Positions 49,474-59,784 of a DNA stretch of 64,000 nt are shown here, piece after piece. The stretch lies in the NCBI RefSeq assembly GCF_013299175.1, contig NZ_JAAFKF010000002.1, positions 5,248-69,247 on the forward strand, in the 5' to 3' direction. Position 1 is the first letter of the stretch. Every line of letters begins with the position of its first letter. The stretch is from Sphaerotilus sp. (GTDB taxonomy: Bacteria > Pseudomonadota > Gammaproteobacteria > Burkholderiales > Burkholderiaceae_C). The notes under the pieces are model-generated. The model did no database searches. It was not told the origin of the DNA and worked only from the letters and a program-made list of their open reading frames with translations. A program made the translations under genes and the position numbers.

Positions 49474-51269
49474 CACGCTGGTATCCAGCCCAGCGCCAGT
49501 GTCGCGTCCGCCACCCGCTGCCAGCGCCAGCGCGCCGCGGGCAGCAGCCAGGTGCGGCCGTGCTCGGTGACGGTGTGGAGCCAGTCGCGGCGGGCGGTGT
49601 CGGTGTCGTTCAGGGCCGCCCGCGCCAGCCGCGCCCAGCTCCACGCCAGCAGGCTGTGGCCGAGCGCGTGCAGGTAGTCGTCGGCGACGAGGAAGGGCCG
49701 ATCCGGCGCCGCGGCCCGGCTGGCTTGCAGCGCGGCGGTCGCGGTGGTGATGGTCTCGACCTCGTCGGCCAGCGTCTCGGCCCAGGTGCGCAGCGTGCCG
49801 GTGGCGCCGTCCGGCGTGGCCCGCAGCGTCTCGATCTCGCCGCGGAACACGTCCAGCAGCGCCTCCAGCCGCTGCGGCCGGTCCAGCACCTTGCGCATCA
49901 GCAGGTCGATCGCCTGGATCTCGTTGGTGCCCTCGTAGATCAGCGCGATGCGGCTGTCGCGCACATGCTGCTCGATGCCCCAGTCATGCACGTAGCCGTG
50001 GCCGCCGAGCACGCCGAGGGCTTCGTTGGCGCCGTGGTGGCCGAGGTGGGTCAGGAATGCCTTGAGGATCGGGGTGAGCAGGGCGACGAGTTCGTGCCGT
50101 TCCTTGCGCACCGTGGCGTCGGGGTGGTGTTCCGATTCGTCGAGCAGGATCGCGGTCCAGTACGCCATCACGCGGGCACCTTCGCACTGCGCGTGCAGGT
50201 CCAGCAGCGTGCGGCGCATCGCGGGGTGCCAGGCGATCGGGTCTGGTCCCTTGTGGGCCGGATCAGCGTCGGCGGGTCGGGCCGGGGCGCGCAGTTGCAG
50301 CCGTTCGCGGGCGTAGCCGGTGGCGATCTGGCAAGCGGCCTCCAGGTGGCCGAGGCCCTGCATCCCGACGTGCAGCCGCGCCGAGTTCATCATCAGGAAC
50401 ATCGCGGCCAGGCCGGCGTTCGGTTCGCCCAGGATCCAGCCCTCGGCACGGTCGAAGCGCATCTGGGCGGTGGCGCTGCCCTTGATGCCCATCTTCTTCT
50501 CGATGCCGTCGCACCACGCAGCGTTGCGGCGACCGTCCGGCATGAACTTCGGCACCAGCACCAGCGTGAGGCCCTTCGTCCCCGCAGGCGCGCCGGGCAG
50601 GCGGGCGAGCACGAGGTGGACGATGTTGTCCGTCATGTCCTGGTCGCCGCCGGAGATGAAGATCTTGTTGCCCGTGACCGTGACTGCCGCGCCGTTGACT
50701 ACCGGTGCGTCGGCGTCCACCGGCTCGCAGCGGGTGCGCGTCAGGCCCAGGTCGCTGCCGGCCTGCGGCTCGGTCAGGTTCATCGTCGAGAGCCACTCGC
50801 CGCTGACGACCTTCGGCAAATAACGCGCGCGCAACTCGGGCACGGCGTGGTGGCGGATCGCTTCATACGCGCCGTGCAGCAGGCCGGGGTACATCGTCCA
50901 GGCATGGTTGGCCGAGACGAGCATCTCGTAGAGCGCGGCGTTGAGCAGGCTGGGCAGGCCCTGGCCGCCGTCCTCGGGCGCGCAGGGCAGCGAGGGCCAG
51001 CCGCCCTCGACGAAGGCTTTCCATGCCGCGGGATAGCCGGCGGGCGTCGTCACGGCATTGGCCTGCCAGCGACAGCCCTCGGTGTCGCCAGAGCCGTTGA
51101 TCGGCGCGATCACCTCGTGGGCGAAGCGGCCCGCCTGCTCCAGCACCTCGCGGGCGGTGTCGGCGTCGAGGTCGGCGAAGTCGGGCTGTTCGCGCCACGA
51201 AGCGGGCGCGTCCAGCACCTGCTCGATGACGAACTGCATGCGTTGCAGGGGTGGGGTCCAGGTGCTCAT
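49473..51269 (-). CDS. Acyl-CoA dehydrogenase
   Basis: TMNLTEPQAGSDL, GNKIFISGG, EKKMGIKGSAT, MMNSARL, GGHGY, IYEGTNEIQA. Confidence 0.93.
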   Translation of the reverse strand: MSTWTPPLQRMQFVIEQVLDAPASWREQPDFADLDADTAREVLEQAGRFAHEVIAPINGSGDTEGCRWQANAVTTPAGYPAAWKAFVEGGWPSLPCAPEDGGQGLPSLLNAALYEMLVSANHAWTMYPGLLHGAYEAIRHHAVPELRARYLPKVVSGEWLSTMNLTEPQAGSDLGLTRTRCEPVDADAPVVNGAAVTVTGNKIFISGGDQDMTDNIVHLVLARLPGAPAGTKGLTLVLVPKFMPDGRRNAAWCDGIEKKMGIKGSATAQMRFDRAEGWILGEPNAGLAAMFLMMNSARLHVGMQGLGHLEAACQIATGYARERLQLRAPARPADADPAHKGPDPIAWHPAMRRTLLDLHAQCEGARVMAYWTAILLDESEHHPDATVRKERHELVALLTPILKAFLTHLGHHGANEALGVLGGHGYVHDWGIEQHVRDSRIALIYEGTNEIQAIDLLMRKVLDRPQRLEALLDVFRGEIETLRATPDGATGTLRTWAETLADEVETITTATAALQASRAAAPDRPFLVADDYLHALGHSLLAWSWARLARAALNDTDTARRDWLHTVTEHGRTWLLPAARWRWQRVADATLALGWIPA

Positions 51270-51288
51270 GGGGATTGGTTTCGACGGA

Positions 51289-52029
51289 TTACTTCTTCTG
51301 CGCGCCCAGATAGGTCTCGATCACGCGGGCGTCCCCGGCGAGCTGGCTGGCCGGCCCTTCCAGCGCGATGGCACCGGTCTCCAGCACGTAGCCGTAGTCG
51401 GCGACTTCGAGCGCAGCGCGGGCGTTCTGCTCGATCAGCAGGATGCTCACGCCCGTCTCGCGCAGCTTGGTGATGGTGCGGAAGATGTCGCGCACGATCA
51501 GCGGCGCCAGTCCCAGGCTCGGCTCGTCGAGCATCAGCACCTTCGGCTGGCTCATCAGCGCCCGCCCGACAGCCAGCATCTGCCGCTCGCCGCCGGACAT
51601 CGTGCCGGCGTGCTGGTCGCGGCGCTCCTTCAGGCGCGGGAACAGGTCGTAGACCACCGCGAGCTGGTCGCGCCACTGGCCGTTGCCGCCGCGCATCTGG
51701 CGCCAGCCGCCAAGCACGAGGTTGTCTTCGACCGTCATGGTCGAGAACAGCTCGCGCTTCTCCGGCACCAGCGCGAGGCCGGCCATCACGCGGTCTTCCA
51801 GCGTGACGTTGGCGAGATCCTGGCCGTCGAAGAGCACCTTGCCGGTGGACGGCAGCACGCCCATCAGCGCGTTCAGCGTCGTGGACTTGCCGGCGCCGTT
51901 CGGGCCGATCACGGTGACGACGCTGCCGCGGGGCAGCGTCAGGTTCAGGCCCGAGAGCACCTCGGCCTTGCCGTAGCCGGCGTGCAGGCCGGTGACGGAC
52001 AGCAGGGGAGTGGGGGTAGTCGTCGTCAT
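51289..52029 (-). CDS. ABC ATP-binding protein (LivF-like)
   Basis: GPNGAGKST, LVPEKRELF, MSGGERQML, LDEPSLGL. Confidence 0.93.
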   Translation of the reverse strand: MTTTTPTPLLSVTGLHAGYGKAEVLSGLNLTLPRGSVVTVIGPNGAGKSTTLNALMGVLPSTGKVLFDGQDLANVTLEDRVMAGLALVPEKRELFSTMTVEDNLVLGGWRQMRGGNGQWRDQLAVVYDLFPRLKERRDQHAGTMSGGERQMLAVGRALMSQPKVLMLDEPSLGLAPLIVRDIFRTITKLRETGVSILLIEQNARAALEVADYGYVLETGAIALEGPASQLAGDARVIETYLGAQKK

Positions 52030-52033
52030 GGTG

Positions 52034-53812
52034 TCAGTGCTCCGTGCCGAGGTAGGCGGCGCGCACGACCGGGCTGGCCTGCACTTCGGCGGGGGTGCCC
52101 TCGATCAGCTTGGTGCCGAACTCCATCACCACGATGCGGTCGGTCAGGTTCATCACGAAGTCCATGTCGTGCTCGACCAGCAGCAGGCTCATCCCTTCGG
52201 CCTTCAACTGGCGCAGCACGTCGGCCAGCGCCTGCTTTTCCTTGTGGCGCAGGCCGGCGGCGGGTTCGTCCAGCAGCAGCAGCGCCGGGTCGGTACACAG
52301 CGCGCGGGCGATTTCCATCATCCGCGCCGGGCCGAGCGCGAGGTTGCCGGCGAGTTCGTGCATCTGCGCCTGCATGCCGATGCGCGTCAGTTGGCGCTCG
52401 GCTTCGCGGAAGAGCTGGCGCTCCTCGGCGCGGTCGAGCCGCAGCATCGCCTTGACCGTGCCCGACGAGCTGCGCAGGTAGCCGCCGAGGGCCACGTTCT
52501 CCAGCACCGTCATGTCCGGCAGCATCTTGACGTGCTGGAAGGTGCGCGACAGGCCGCGCTCGGCGATCTCGCGGGACGACAGCCCCGAGACATCCTGCCC
52601 GCGGAACTGCACCCGCCCCGAAGTCTTGCCCAGCACGCCCGAGACGAGGTTGAACGTCGTGGACTTGCCCGCCCCGTTCGGCCCGATCAGCCCGACGATG
52701 TCGCCGGTGCGGATCTGGAAGCTCACGTCGTTCACCGCCACCAGCCCGCCGAACTGCTTGCGCACCTTGTCCACGTCGAGCAGCAGCTCGCCCGCGGCCG
52801 GCTTGCTGCGCTCGGGCAGCGGCGCGGCGTCCGCCCAGTCGCGGACCCGTTGGCGCGAGGGCAGGAAGCGGTCGAACAGCTTCTCCAGGTGCGGCCAGAG
52901 TCCTTCGGGCGCGTACTTGAGCACGACCACCAGCACCACGCCGAAGACGATGCTTTCGTAGTTGCCGCTGGAGCCGATCAGGCGCGGCAGCCACTCCTGC
53001 AACTGCTCCTCGATGACCTTGACCAGCGCCGCACCCGCGAAGGCCCCCCAGACGTTGCCCACACCGCCGAGCACGGCCATGAACAGGTACTCGATGCCCT
53101 TGCCGAGTGCAAACGGCGACGGGTTCACCGTGCGCTGGAAGTGCGCGAACAGCCAGCCCGAGACGGAAGCCAGCATCGCCGCCAGCACGAAGGCCAGCAC
53201 CTTGTAGCGGTAGGTCGAGATGCCCATGGCCTCGGCCATCGTCACGCCGCCCTTGAGGGCGCGGATGGCGCGGCCGGTGCGCGAATCCAGCAGGTGGATC
53301 ACGCCCACCGCCGCCAGCAGCGCCACGACCCAGATCACGTAGAAGTAGCTGCGCCCCGACGCCAGACTCGTGCCGAACAGCGTCATCGCTGGCACGCCCA
53401 GGATGCCGTCGTACTTGCCCAGCCACTCCATGTTGGACATGGTGTAGTAGAGCGACAGCCCCCAGGCCATGGTCGCCAGCGGCAGGTAGTGGCCGGACAT
53501 CTTCAGCGTCACGGCGGCCAGGACGAGCGCCACGACCACCGTGATGGCCAGACCGATGAACACCGTCAGCCACGGCGACATGCCATGGTTGACCGACAGG
53601 TAAGCCGCCGTGTAGGCGCCGACGCCGACGAATGCCGCCTGCCCGAAGGAGGTCAGGCCGGCCACCCCGGTGAGCAGCACGAGGCCGAGCGAGACGGTGG
53701 CGTACAGGCCGATGTAGTTGAGCTGGGTGATCCAGAATTCCGGCACCGGCAGTGCGGGCAGCAGGGCCAGCAGCGCGGCGAAGAACAGGAACCAGCGAGT
53801 GCGTGCCGCCAC
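52034..53812 (-). CDS. Fused LivM permease / LivG ATPase
   Basis: N-terminal LivM-like membrane domain (SFGQAAFVGVGAY) fused to GPNGAGKST and LDEPAAG ATPase. Confidence 0.92.
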   Translation of the reverse strand: MAARTRWFLFFAALLALLPALPVPEFWITQLNYIGLYATVSLGLVLLTGVAGLTSFGQAAFVGVGAYTAAYLSVNHGMSPWLTVFIGLAITVVVALVLAAVTLKMSGHYLPLATMAWGLSLYYTMSNMEWLGKYDGILGVPAMTLFGTSLASGRSYFYVIWVVALLAAVGVIHLLDSRTGRAIRALKGGVTMAEAMGISTYRYKVLAFVLAAMLASVSGWLFAHFQRTVNPSPFALGKGIEYLFMAVLGGVGNVWGAFAGAALVKVIEEQLQEWLPRLIGSSGNYESIVFGVVLVVVLKYAPEGLWPHLEKLFDRFLPSRQRVRDWADAAPLPERSKPAAGELLLDVDKVRKQFGGLVAVNDVSFQIRTGDIVGLIGPNGAGKSTTFNLVSGVLGKTSGRVQFRGQDVSGLSSREIAERGLSRTFQHVKMLPDMTVLENVALGGYLRSSSGTVKAMLRLDRAEERQLFREAERQLTRIGMQAQMHELAGNLALGPARMMEIARALCTDPALLLLDEPAAGLRHKEKQALADVLRQLKAEGMSLLLVEHDMDFVMNLTDRIVVMEFGTKLIEGTPAEVQASPVVRAAYLGTEH

Positions 53813-53815
53813 GGG

Positions 53816-54853
53816 TCAATCCTCCTCAGTATGCGGGTCACGCAGCGAACGCCACAGGAGCACCGGCAGGATGGAGGTGAACACGATCACCTCCTTGAAC
53901 GAGCTGGCCCAGAACGAGCCGAACGATTCCAGCAACCCGACCCCGAGGGCACCGACCAGTGCCAGCGGGTAGCTCGCCAGCCCGCCGAACACGGCGGCGA
54001 CGAAGCCCTTCAGGCCGATCAGGAACCCGGAGTCGTAGAAGACGGTGGTGGTCGGGCCGATCAGCAGGCCCGACAGCGCGCCGATGAAGGCGGCCATCGT
54101 GAAGCTGAGGCGGCCGGCCTGCACCGTCGAGATGCCCATCAGCCGCGCACCGAGGCGGTTCACGGCGGTGGCGCGCAAGGCTTTGCCGTACAGCGACCGC
54201 TCGAAGAACAGCCACAGCAGCACGATGAGCGCCGTCGAGGCCAGGAAGATGATGATGGTCTGGCCCGTCAGCATCAGCGGCCCGGCGTTGAACCGCTCGT
54301 CCCAGAAGCTCGGATTGCGGTAGCCCTCGGCGCCGAAGAACAGCAGCCCCACCCCCGTGAGCGCGAAATGCACCCCCACCGACACGATCAGCAGCACCAG
54401 CACAGTCGCGTCCGCCAGCGACTCGTAGGCGAGCCGGTAGGTCAGCCCGCCCAGCGGCGTGACGATGGCCAGCGTCAGCAGCGCCTGCATGACCAGCGGC
54501 AGGTTCATCGGCGCGGCCACCATGGCGACCGTGGCGATGGCCAGCGGTGCGGCCAGCGTCAGCACCGCGCCCTTGGCCACCAGCCCGACCGGCCGGCGCT
54601 GGCGCCATCCGTGGACCGCCTCGACCACCGCCGCCACCGCCGCCATGATCAGCAGCAGCCACACCGTGCCCGGCACCTTGCCGGTCTGCAGCACGGCCAG
54701 CGTCAGCGCCCCGTAGGCGACGAATTCGCCCTGCGGGATGAAGATCACCCGCGTGACGGCGAACAGCAGCACGGTCGCCGTGGCCAGCAGCGCGTAGACC
54801 GCGCCGTTGGTCACGCCGTCGAGCGCCAGGATGCTTGCAATCGAGAAGTCCAT
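53816..54853 (-). CDS. ABC permease (LivH-like)
   Basis: [37 protein letters not shown]. Confidence 0.92.
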   Translation of the reverse strand: MDFSIASILALDGVTNGAVYALLATATVLLFAVTRVIFIPQGEFVAYGALTLAVLQTGKVPGTVWLLLIMAAVAAVVEAVHGWRQRRPVGLVAKGAVLTLAAPLAIATVAMVAAPMNLPLVMQALLTLAIVTPLGGLTYRLAYESLADATVLVLLIVSVGVHFALTGVGLLFFGAEGYRNPSFWDERFNAGPLMLTGQTIIIFLASTALIVLLWLFFERSLYGKALRATAVNRLGARLMGISTVQAGRLSFTMAAFIGALSGLLIGPTTTVFYDSGFLIGLKGFVAAVFGGLASYPLALVGALGVGLLESFGSFWASSFKEVIVFTSILPVLLWRSLRDPHTEED

Positions 54854-54910
54854 CGGAGGGGATTCCGGTTCAGGGGAGGGCGGCGCAGCCAGTGCCGCGC
54901 CGCAGCGGGC

Positions 54911-56044
54911 TTATTCGACCTTCCAGTCGCCGTTGACCACCTTCAGGATCACGCCCGTCTCGGTCGTGTAGCCCCAGTGGTTGTCCTTCGAGTAGGTCAG
55001 AACGCCGTGGGAGACGACGGTGCGGCCCATCGTTTCGGTGGCTTCCTTCAGCGCGGTGCGGAACTCCGGGGTGCCCGGCTTGGCCTTCTTCAGCGCCATC
55101 GGGATGATCTTTTCCAGCACCAGCGCGGCGTCATAGGCATGGCCGGCGAACTGGTTGCGCGAGCCGGCGCCGTTGGCCTTCTCGAACTTCTGCACGAAGT
55201 CGATGGCGATCTTCTTGGACGGGTGGTCGTCGGGCAGTTGCTCGGCGATCACGCAGGGACCGGAGACGACGTAGGCGCCCTCGACATCCTTGCCGCCGAT
55301 GCGCATCAGGTCGCGCGTGGCGGCGGCGTGGGTCTGGTAGACCTTGCCCTTGAAGCCGCGCTCGATGATGGCCTTGTGCGGCATCGCTGCACCTGAACCC
55401 GAGGCGACGATCAGCATCGCGTCCGGGTTCGCGGCCGTCAGCTTCAGCGCCTGGGCGGTCACGGCGGTGTCGGTGCGGGCGAAACGCTCGGTGGCGACGA
55501 TCTTGATCGCCAGACCCATCGCGGCGGCTTCGGCCTGGAAGTCCTTGAGCCAGCTTTCGCCGTAGGCGTCCGAGTAGCCGAGGAAGCCGACCGTCTTCAC
55601 GCCCAGCTTGGCCATGTGCTTGAGCACGGCGTGGGACATCACCGCGTTCGACTGCGGCAGGCGGAAGGCCCAGGTGTCCTTGCCGGCTTGCAGCACGGCG
55701 GGCGAGAACATGAACTGCGGCGTGGCGGCTTCCGCGACCGTGTCGGACATGGCGATGGCCACCGGCGTCGCGGCCGAACCCATCACGATGTCCATCTTGT
55801 CGGTGACGAACCGCTTGGCGTTCTGCACCCCCTTGGTCGGGTCGGAACCGTCGTCGAGCACGACGACGTTGAGCTTCTCGCCGCCGATGCTGGTCGGCCA
55901 CAGCTTGATGCCGTTCTGCATCGGGATGCCCAGGCCGTTGGCCGGGCCGGTCAGCGGCAGGCTGATGCCGATGTTGATGTCGGCCTGCGCGGCGCCAGCG
56001 GCCCACAGGGCGGCCAGGGCGAGGAGGGTCTTGGTCAGCTTCAT
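54911..56044 (-). CDS. ABC substrate-binding protein (type 1 PBP, aromatic-acid type)
   Basis: Signal peptide, IGISLPLTGP, LDDGSDPT, DAYGE. Confidence 0.9.
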   Translation of the reverse strand: MKLTKTLLALAALWAAGAAQADINIGISLPLTGPANGLGIPMQNGIKLWPTSIGGEKLNVVVLDDGSDPTKGVQNAKRFVTDKMDIVMGSAATPVAIAMSDTVAEAATPQFMFSPAVLQAGKDTWAFRLPQSNAVMSHAVLKHMAKLGVKTVGFLGYSDAYGESWLKDFQAEAAAMGLAIKIVATERFARTDTAVTAQALKLTAANPDAMLIVASGSGAAMPHKAIIERGFKGKVYQTHAAATRDLMRIGGKDVEGAYVVSGPCVIAEQLPDDHPSKKIAIDFVQKFEKANGAGSRNQFAGHAYDAALVLEKIIPMALKKAKPGTPEFRTALKEATETMGRTVVSHGVLTYSKDNHWGYTTETGVILKVVNGDWKVE

Positions 56045-56101
56045 GGGGTTTGTCTCCGTGGGTGTAGGAAAGAACGCAAGGGTTTGAGCGTGGCAGATCG
56101 G

Positions 56102-56872
56102 TCAGCGCGGCGCCATCCGCAATGCCCCGTCCAGCCGGATCACCTCGCCATTGAGGTGGCCGTTCTGGACGATGTGGGCGGCGAGTGCGGCGAACTCGTC
56201 GGGCTGGCCGAGGCGCTTCGGGAAGGGGATCGATGCCGCCAGCGACTGCTGCACCGCCTCGGGCAGCTCGTTCATCAGCGGCGTGGCGAACAGGCCCGGC
56301 GCGATGGTGCAGACGCGGATGCCCCACTGCGCCAGATCGCGTGCCAGCGGCAGCGTCATGCCGACCACGCCGCCCTTGGACGCCGAATACGCTTCTTGCC
56401 CGACCTGCCCGTCGAAGGCGGCGACCGAGGCGGTGTTGACGACCACGCCACGCTCGCCCGACGTGCCTTCCAGTGCGTCAGCCTTCGCCAGACGGGCGGC
56501 GGCGAGGCGGACCACGTTGTAGGTGCCGATCAGGTTCACGCGCACGACCCGCTCGAAATCCTCCAGCGGCGCGGGCGAGCCGTCGCGCTGGATGACGCGC
56601 TTGGCGCTGCCGATGCCGGCGATGTTCATGACGATGCGCGCCGTGCCGTGGGCGGCCTCGGCAGCGTCGAGCGCGGCGGTGACGCTGGCGCTGTCGGTGA
56701 TGTCGCAGCGCAGCGCGAGTCCGCCGATGTCCGCCGCGACGCGCTCGGCGCCGGTCTGGTTCACGTCGAGTACCGCGACCTTGGCGCCCAGCCGGGCGAG
56801 TTCGCGGGCGACCGCCTCGCCGAGGCCCGAGCCGCCGCCGGTGACGATCGCGGCGTGTCCTTGGATCTGCAT
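56102..56872 (-). CDS. SDR 3-hydroxyacyl-CoA dehydrogenase-like
   Basis: TGGGSGLG, NTASVAAFDGQVGQEAYSASKGG, IAPGLFATP. Confidence 0.92.
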   Translation of the reverse strand: MQIQGHAAIVTGGGSGLGEAVARELARLGAKVAVLDVNQTGAERVAADIGGLALRCDITDSASVTAALDAAEAAHGTARIVMNIAGIGSAKRVIQRDGSPAPLEDFERVVRVNLIGTYNVVRLAAARLAKADALEGTSGERGVVVNTASVAAFDGQVGQEAYSASKGGVVGMTLPLARDLAQWGIRVCTIAPGLFATPLMNELPEAVQQSLAASIPFPKRLGQPDEFAALAAHIVQNGHLNGEVIRLDGALRMAPR

Positions 56873-56909
56873 GGTGTTGTCCTTCGTGCGTTCAGGGCGT
56901 CTGGGGTGT

Positions 56910-58766
56910 TCAGGCTTTGCGCGGCAGGACCACGAACGGGTCACCGTCGCGGCTGTCGTGGAGCTGCTCGACCAGGGCGGCGCGGTGCAGCAGCACGGCG
57001 CGCTGGTTGATCGAACCTTTGTCGGTGACCTCGCCCTTGTCGATCGACGGCGGCTCGGTCAGCACATGCAGCCGTGCCGGGCGGTTGGCGCTGCCGGTGC
57101 CGGCACGCCAGAGGTGGTCGGCCAGCGCCTGAAAAAACGCCTGCACCGCTTCAGGCCCGTCCCGCTCGGCGAGCTTCTTGCACTCGTCCGGCCGGGCAAA
57201 GATCAGCAGGCCGATCTCGTCGCGGTTCAACCCGGTGACGACCACATCCTGCACGCAAGGATCGCCCGCCAGGATGACCTTGGCGCGCAGCGGGCCGACG
57301 CTGACGAAGGTGCCGGTCGAGAGCTTGAAGTCCTCGGCGGTGCGGCCATCGAACAGCAGGCCGCGGGTCGGGTGCGCCGGGTCGATGAACTTCACGGCGT
57401 CGCCGGTGCGGTAGAAACCGTCCTCGTCGAAGGCGTCCAAGGTCTGCTCGGGGGCGCGCCAGTAGCCGGGCATGACGTTCGGGCCACGGAAGCGGATCTC
57501 GGTCTTGGCTGTGTCGCCCTCGCCATCCGGCACCAGCTTGATCTCCACGCCGGGCACCGGCAGCCCGATGTGGCCCGAGCGCACGTCGGTGCCCACCGCG
57601 AAGGTGCAGGACGGTGCCGTTTCGGTCATACCCAGCCCGGTGATGATCCGCACGCGCTCGCCGGTTTCTGCTTCACCATGTGCGTCGAGCTTGTCCCACA
57701 CCGCCTGCGACAACCCGGCCCCAGCGAACATGAACGCCTGCGCCCGGGCGAACAGCGAGCGGCGCAGCACCGGGTCCGTGTCCATGGCAAAGGCGATTTC
57801 CTCGAAGCCCTTGGGCACGTTGAAGTAGATCGTCGGCGAAATCTCGCGCAGGTTGCGCAGCGTCTCGGCCATGCCCTTCGGCGTCGGCTTGCCTTCGTCG
57901 ATGTAGAGCGTGCCGCCGTTGTAGAGCACCAAGCCGACGTTGTGGTTGCCGCCGAAGGTGTGGTTCCACGGCAGCCAGTCCACCAGCACCGGCGGCTCTT
58001 CCTCCAGGAACGCTAGACATTGCCGCAGCATCTGCTGGTTGGCACAGAGCATCCGCTGCGTGTTGATGACCGCCTTGGGCAGCTTGGTCGAGCCGGAGGT
58101 GAACAGGAACTTGACGATGGTGTCCGGGCCGACCTGCGCGTGGGCGGCGTCACCCGTGGCGCTCGGTTCGGTGGCGAGCAGCGCGTCGAAGGGCGTGACA
58201 GGGCGACCCTCCATGGCGCCCTCGGTCAGCACCACTTCCACGTCCGCGCCGAACACCGCCGCAATCGCCTTGCCGTAGGTGGGCGAGGCGGCGAACACCA
58301 GCCCCGGCGTGACCGTCTCGGCGATGTGGCGCAGCTTGCCGTAGTCCTGCGAAATCAGCGAATACGCCGACGAGACCGGCGTCACCGGCACCCCGGCCCA
58401 CATCGCGCCGAGCACCAGCGTGAGGTGTTCGAGGTCGTTGTCCGACAGGATGGCGACCGGGCGGTCGGCGGACAGGCCACGGTCGGTCAGCGCCTGGCCC
58501 ACGGCGCGGGCGCGCTGCAGCATCTCGGCATAGGAGATGCGCCGCCAGTCGCCGCCCTGGCTCGCAGGCAGGCGCTTGGCGACGAAGGTGCGCTCCGGCG
58601 CCTCGGCGGCCCAGCGTTCGAGGGCGTCGGTCAGCCGCGGCGGGTAGTCGCCCAGCGGTTCGGTCGAGCGCAGCACCTGCAGGCCATCGGCGCGGGTGTC
58701 GAGCACGGCGTCGGTGCAGCCGCCGACGCGGATGTCACGGTAGCGGGGTTGGAGGGCGCCGCTCAT
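56910..58766 (-). CDS. fcs: Feruloyl/hydroxycinnamoyl-CoA synthetase
   Basis: FLFTSGSTKLPKAVINT, DWLPWNHTFGGNHN, GLGMTET, FYRTGD, GRTAEDFKLSTGT. Confidence 0.88.
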   Translation of the reverse strand: MSGALQPRYRDIRVGGCTDAVLDTRADGLQVLRSTEPLGDYPPRLTDALERWAAEAPERTFVAKRLPASQGGDWRRISYAEMLQRARAVGQALTDRGLSADRPVAILSDNDLEHLTLVLGAMWAGVPVTPVSSAYSLISQDYGKLRHIAETVTPGLVFAASPTYGKAIAAVFGADVEVVLTEGAMEGRPVTPFDALLATEPSATGDAAHAQVGPDTIVKFLFTSGSTKLPKAVINTQRMLCANQQMLRQCLAFLEEEPPVLVDWLPWNHTFGGNHNVGLVLYNGGTLYIDEGKPTPKGMAETLRNLREISPTIYFNVPKGFEEIAFAMDTDPVLRRSLFARAQAFMFAGAGLSQAVWDKLDAHGEAETGERVRIITGLGMTETAPSCTFAVGTDVRSGHIGLPVPGVEIKLVPDGEGDTAKTEIRFRGPNVMPGYWRAPEQTLDAFDEDGFYRTGDAVKFIDPAHPTRGLLFDGRTAEDFKLSTGTFVSVGPLRAKVILAGDPCVQDVVVTGLNRDEIGLLIFARPDECKKLAERDGPEAVQAFFQALADHLWRAGTGSANRPARLHVLTEPPSIDKGEVTDKGSINQRAVLLHRAALVEQLHDSRDGDPFVVLPRKA

Positions 58767-59590
58767 GGCTGCTTGACCACCTTGCCGGCCCGCCCTTCGA
58801 GGAAGGCGCGCAGACGGTCCTGGGCTTCCGGCGTGTTGCTGGCTGCCGCCGCCATCAGCGACTCGGTGAACAGTCCCTCGGCCGGACTCATCTCGACGAT
58901 GCGCGGCAGCGCGTGCATCACGGCGAAGGCGGTCATCGGTGCGTTGCCGGCGATCTTGCGGGCCAGCTCGATGCCCTTGGCCAGCCCGGCGCCATCCACG
59001 GTGCGGTAGTTGACGACGCCGTAGCGTTCGCCCTGGTCGGCGTCGAACACACGGCCGGTCAGCATCATGTCGGTCATGCGCGCCATGCCCATCAGCCGGG
59101 GAATGCGCACCGAGCCACCACCGCCGACGAAGATGCCGCGCTGACCTTCCGGCAGACCGAAGTACGCGGAATCCTCGGCCACGCGGATCTGGCACGACGC
59201 CGCCAGTTCCAGCCCGCCGCCGACCACCGCGCCGTGCAGCACCGCGATCACCGGCACCTTGCCGAACTGCACCGCGTCAAACGCCGCGTGCCAGCCGCGC
59301 GAGTGCAGGATGGCGCCGTGGATGTCGCGCTCGACCAGCTCCGACAGGTCCAGCCCGGCGCAGAAGTGGTTGCCCGCGCCGCTGACCACGACGGCGCGCG
59401 TGTCCGCCGGCAAGTTGACGAAGGCGGTGTGGAGCTGGGCCACCAGGGTGTCGTTGATGGCGTTGCGCTTGGCCGGGCGGTTCAGGCGGATGTGGACGAC
59501 TGGGCCGGATTGCTCGATCTGCAGCAGGTCCAGTCCGGCCAGCAAGCCGGAGACGGGTGCGAAGGGGGAGTCGGAGGCGGGAGTGGTCAT
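58763..59590 (-). CDS. Crotonase / enoyl-CoA hydratase
   Basis: LNRPAKRNAI, FCAGLDL, VVGGGLELA, LPEGQRGIFVGGG. Confidence 0.92.
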   Translation of the reverse strand: MTTPASDSPFAPVSGLLAGLDLLQIEQSGPVVHIRLNRPAKRNAINDTLVAQLHTAFVNLPADTRAVVVSGAGNHFCAGLDLSELVERDIHGAILHSRGWHAAFDAVQFGKVPVIAVLHGAVVGGGLELAASCQIRVAEDSAYFGLPEGQRGIFVGGGGSVRIPRLMGMARMTDMMLTGRVFDADQGERYGVVNYRTVDGAGLAKGIELARKIAGNAPMTAFAVMHALPRIVEMSPAEGLFTESLMAAAASNTPEAQDRLRAFLEGRAGKVVKQP

Positions 59591-59784
59591 GGCGTGGTGG
59601 GCAGCAGGAGCAACCGACGGGAATTTGATTCATAAATATAAGTATTAAGACCTTGCGGTGACCCCCATGAAAACCCTTTGTTGCGCCGCAGCACGGCTTA
59701 AATCACTTTAATTTTGCGGGTAAACCCTAAACTGTGATGCCTGAATTGATTACAAAATTTAAGCAACTCATCCGGGCACTTACC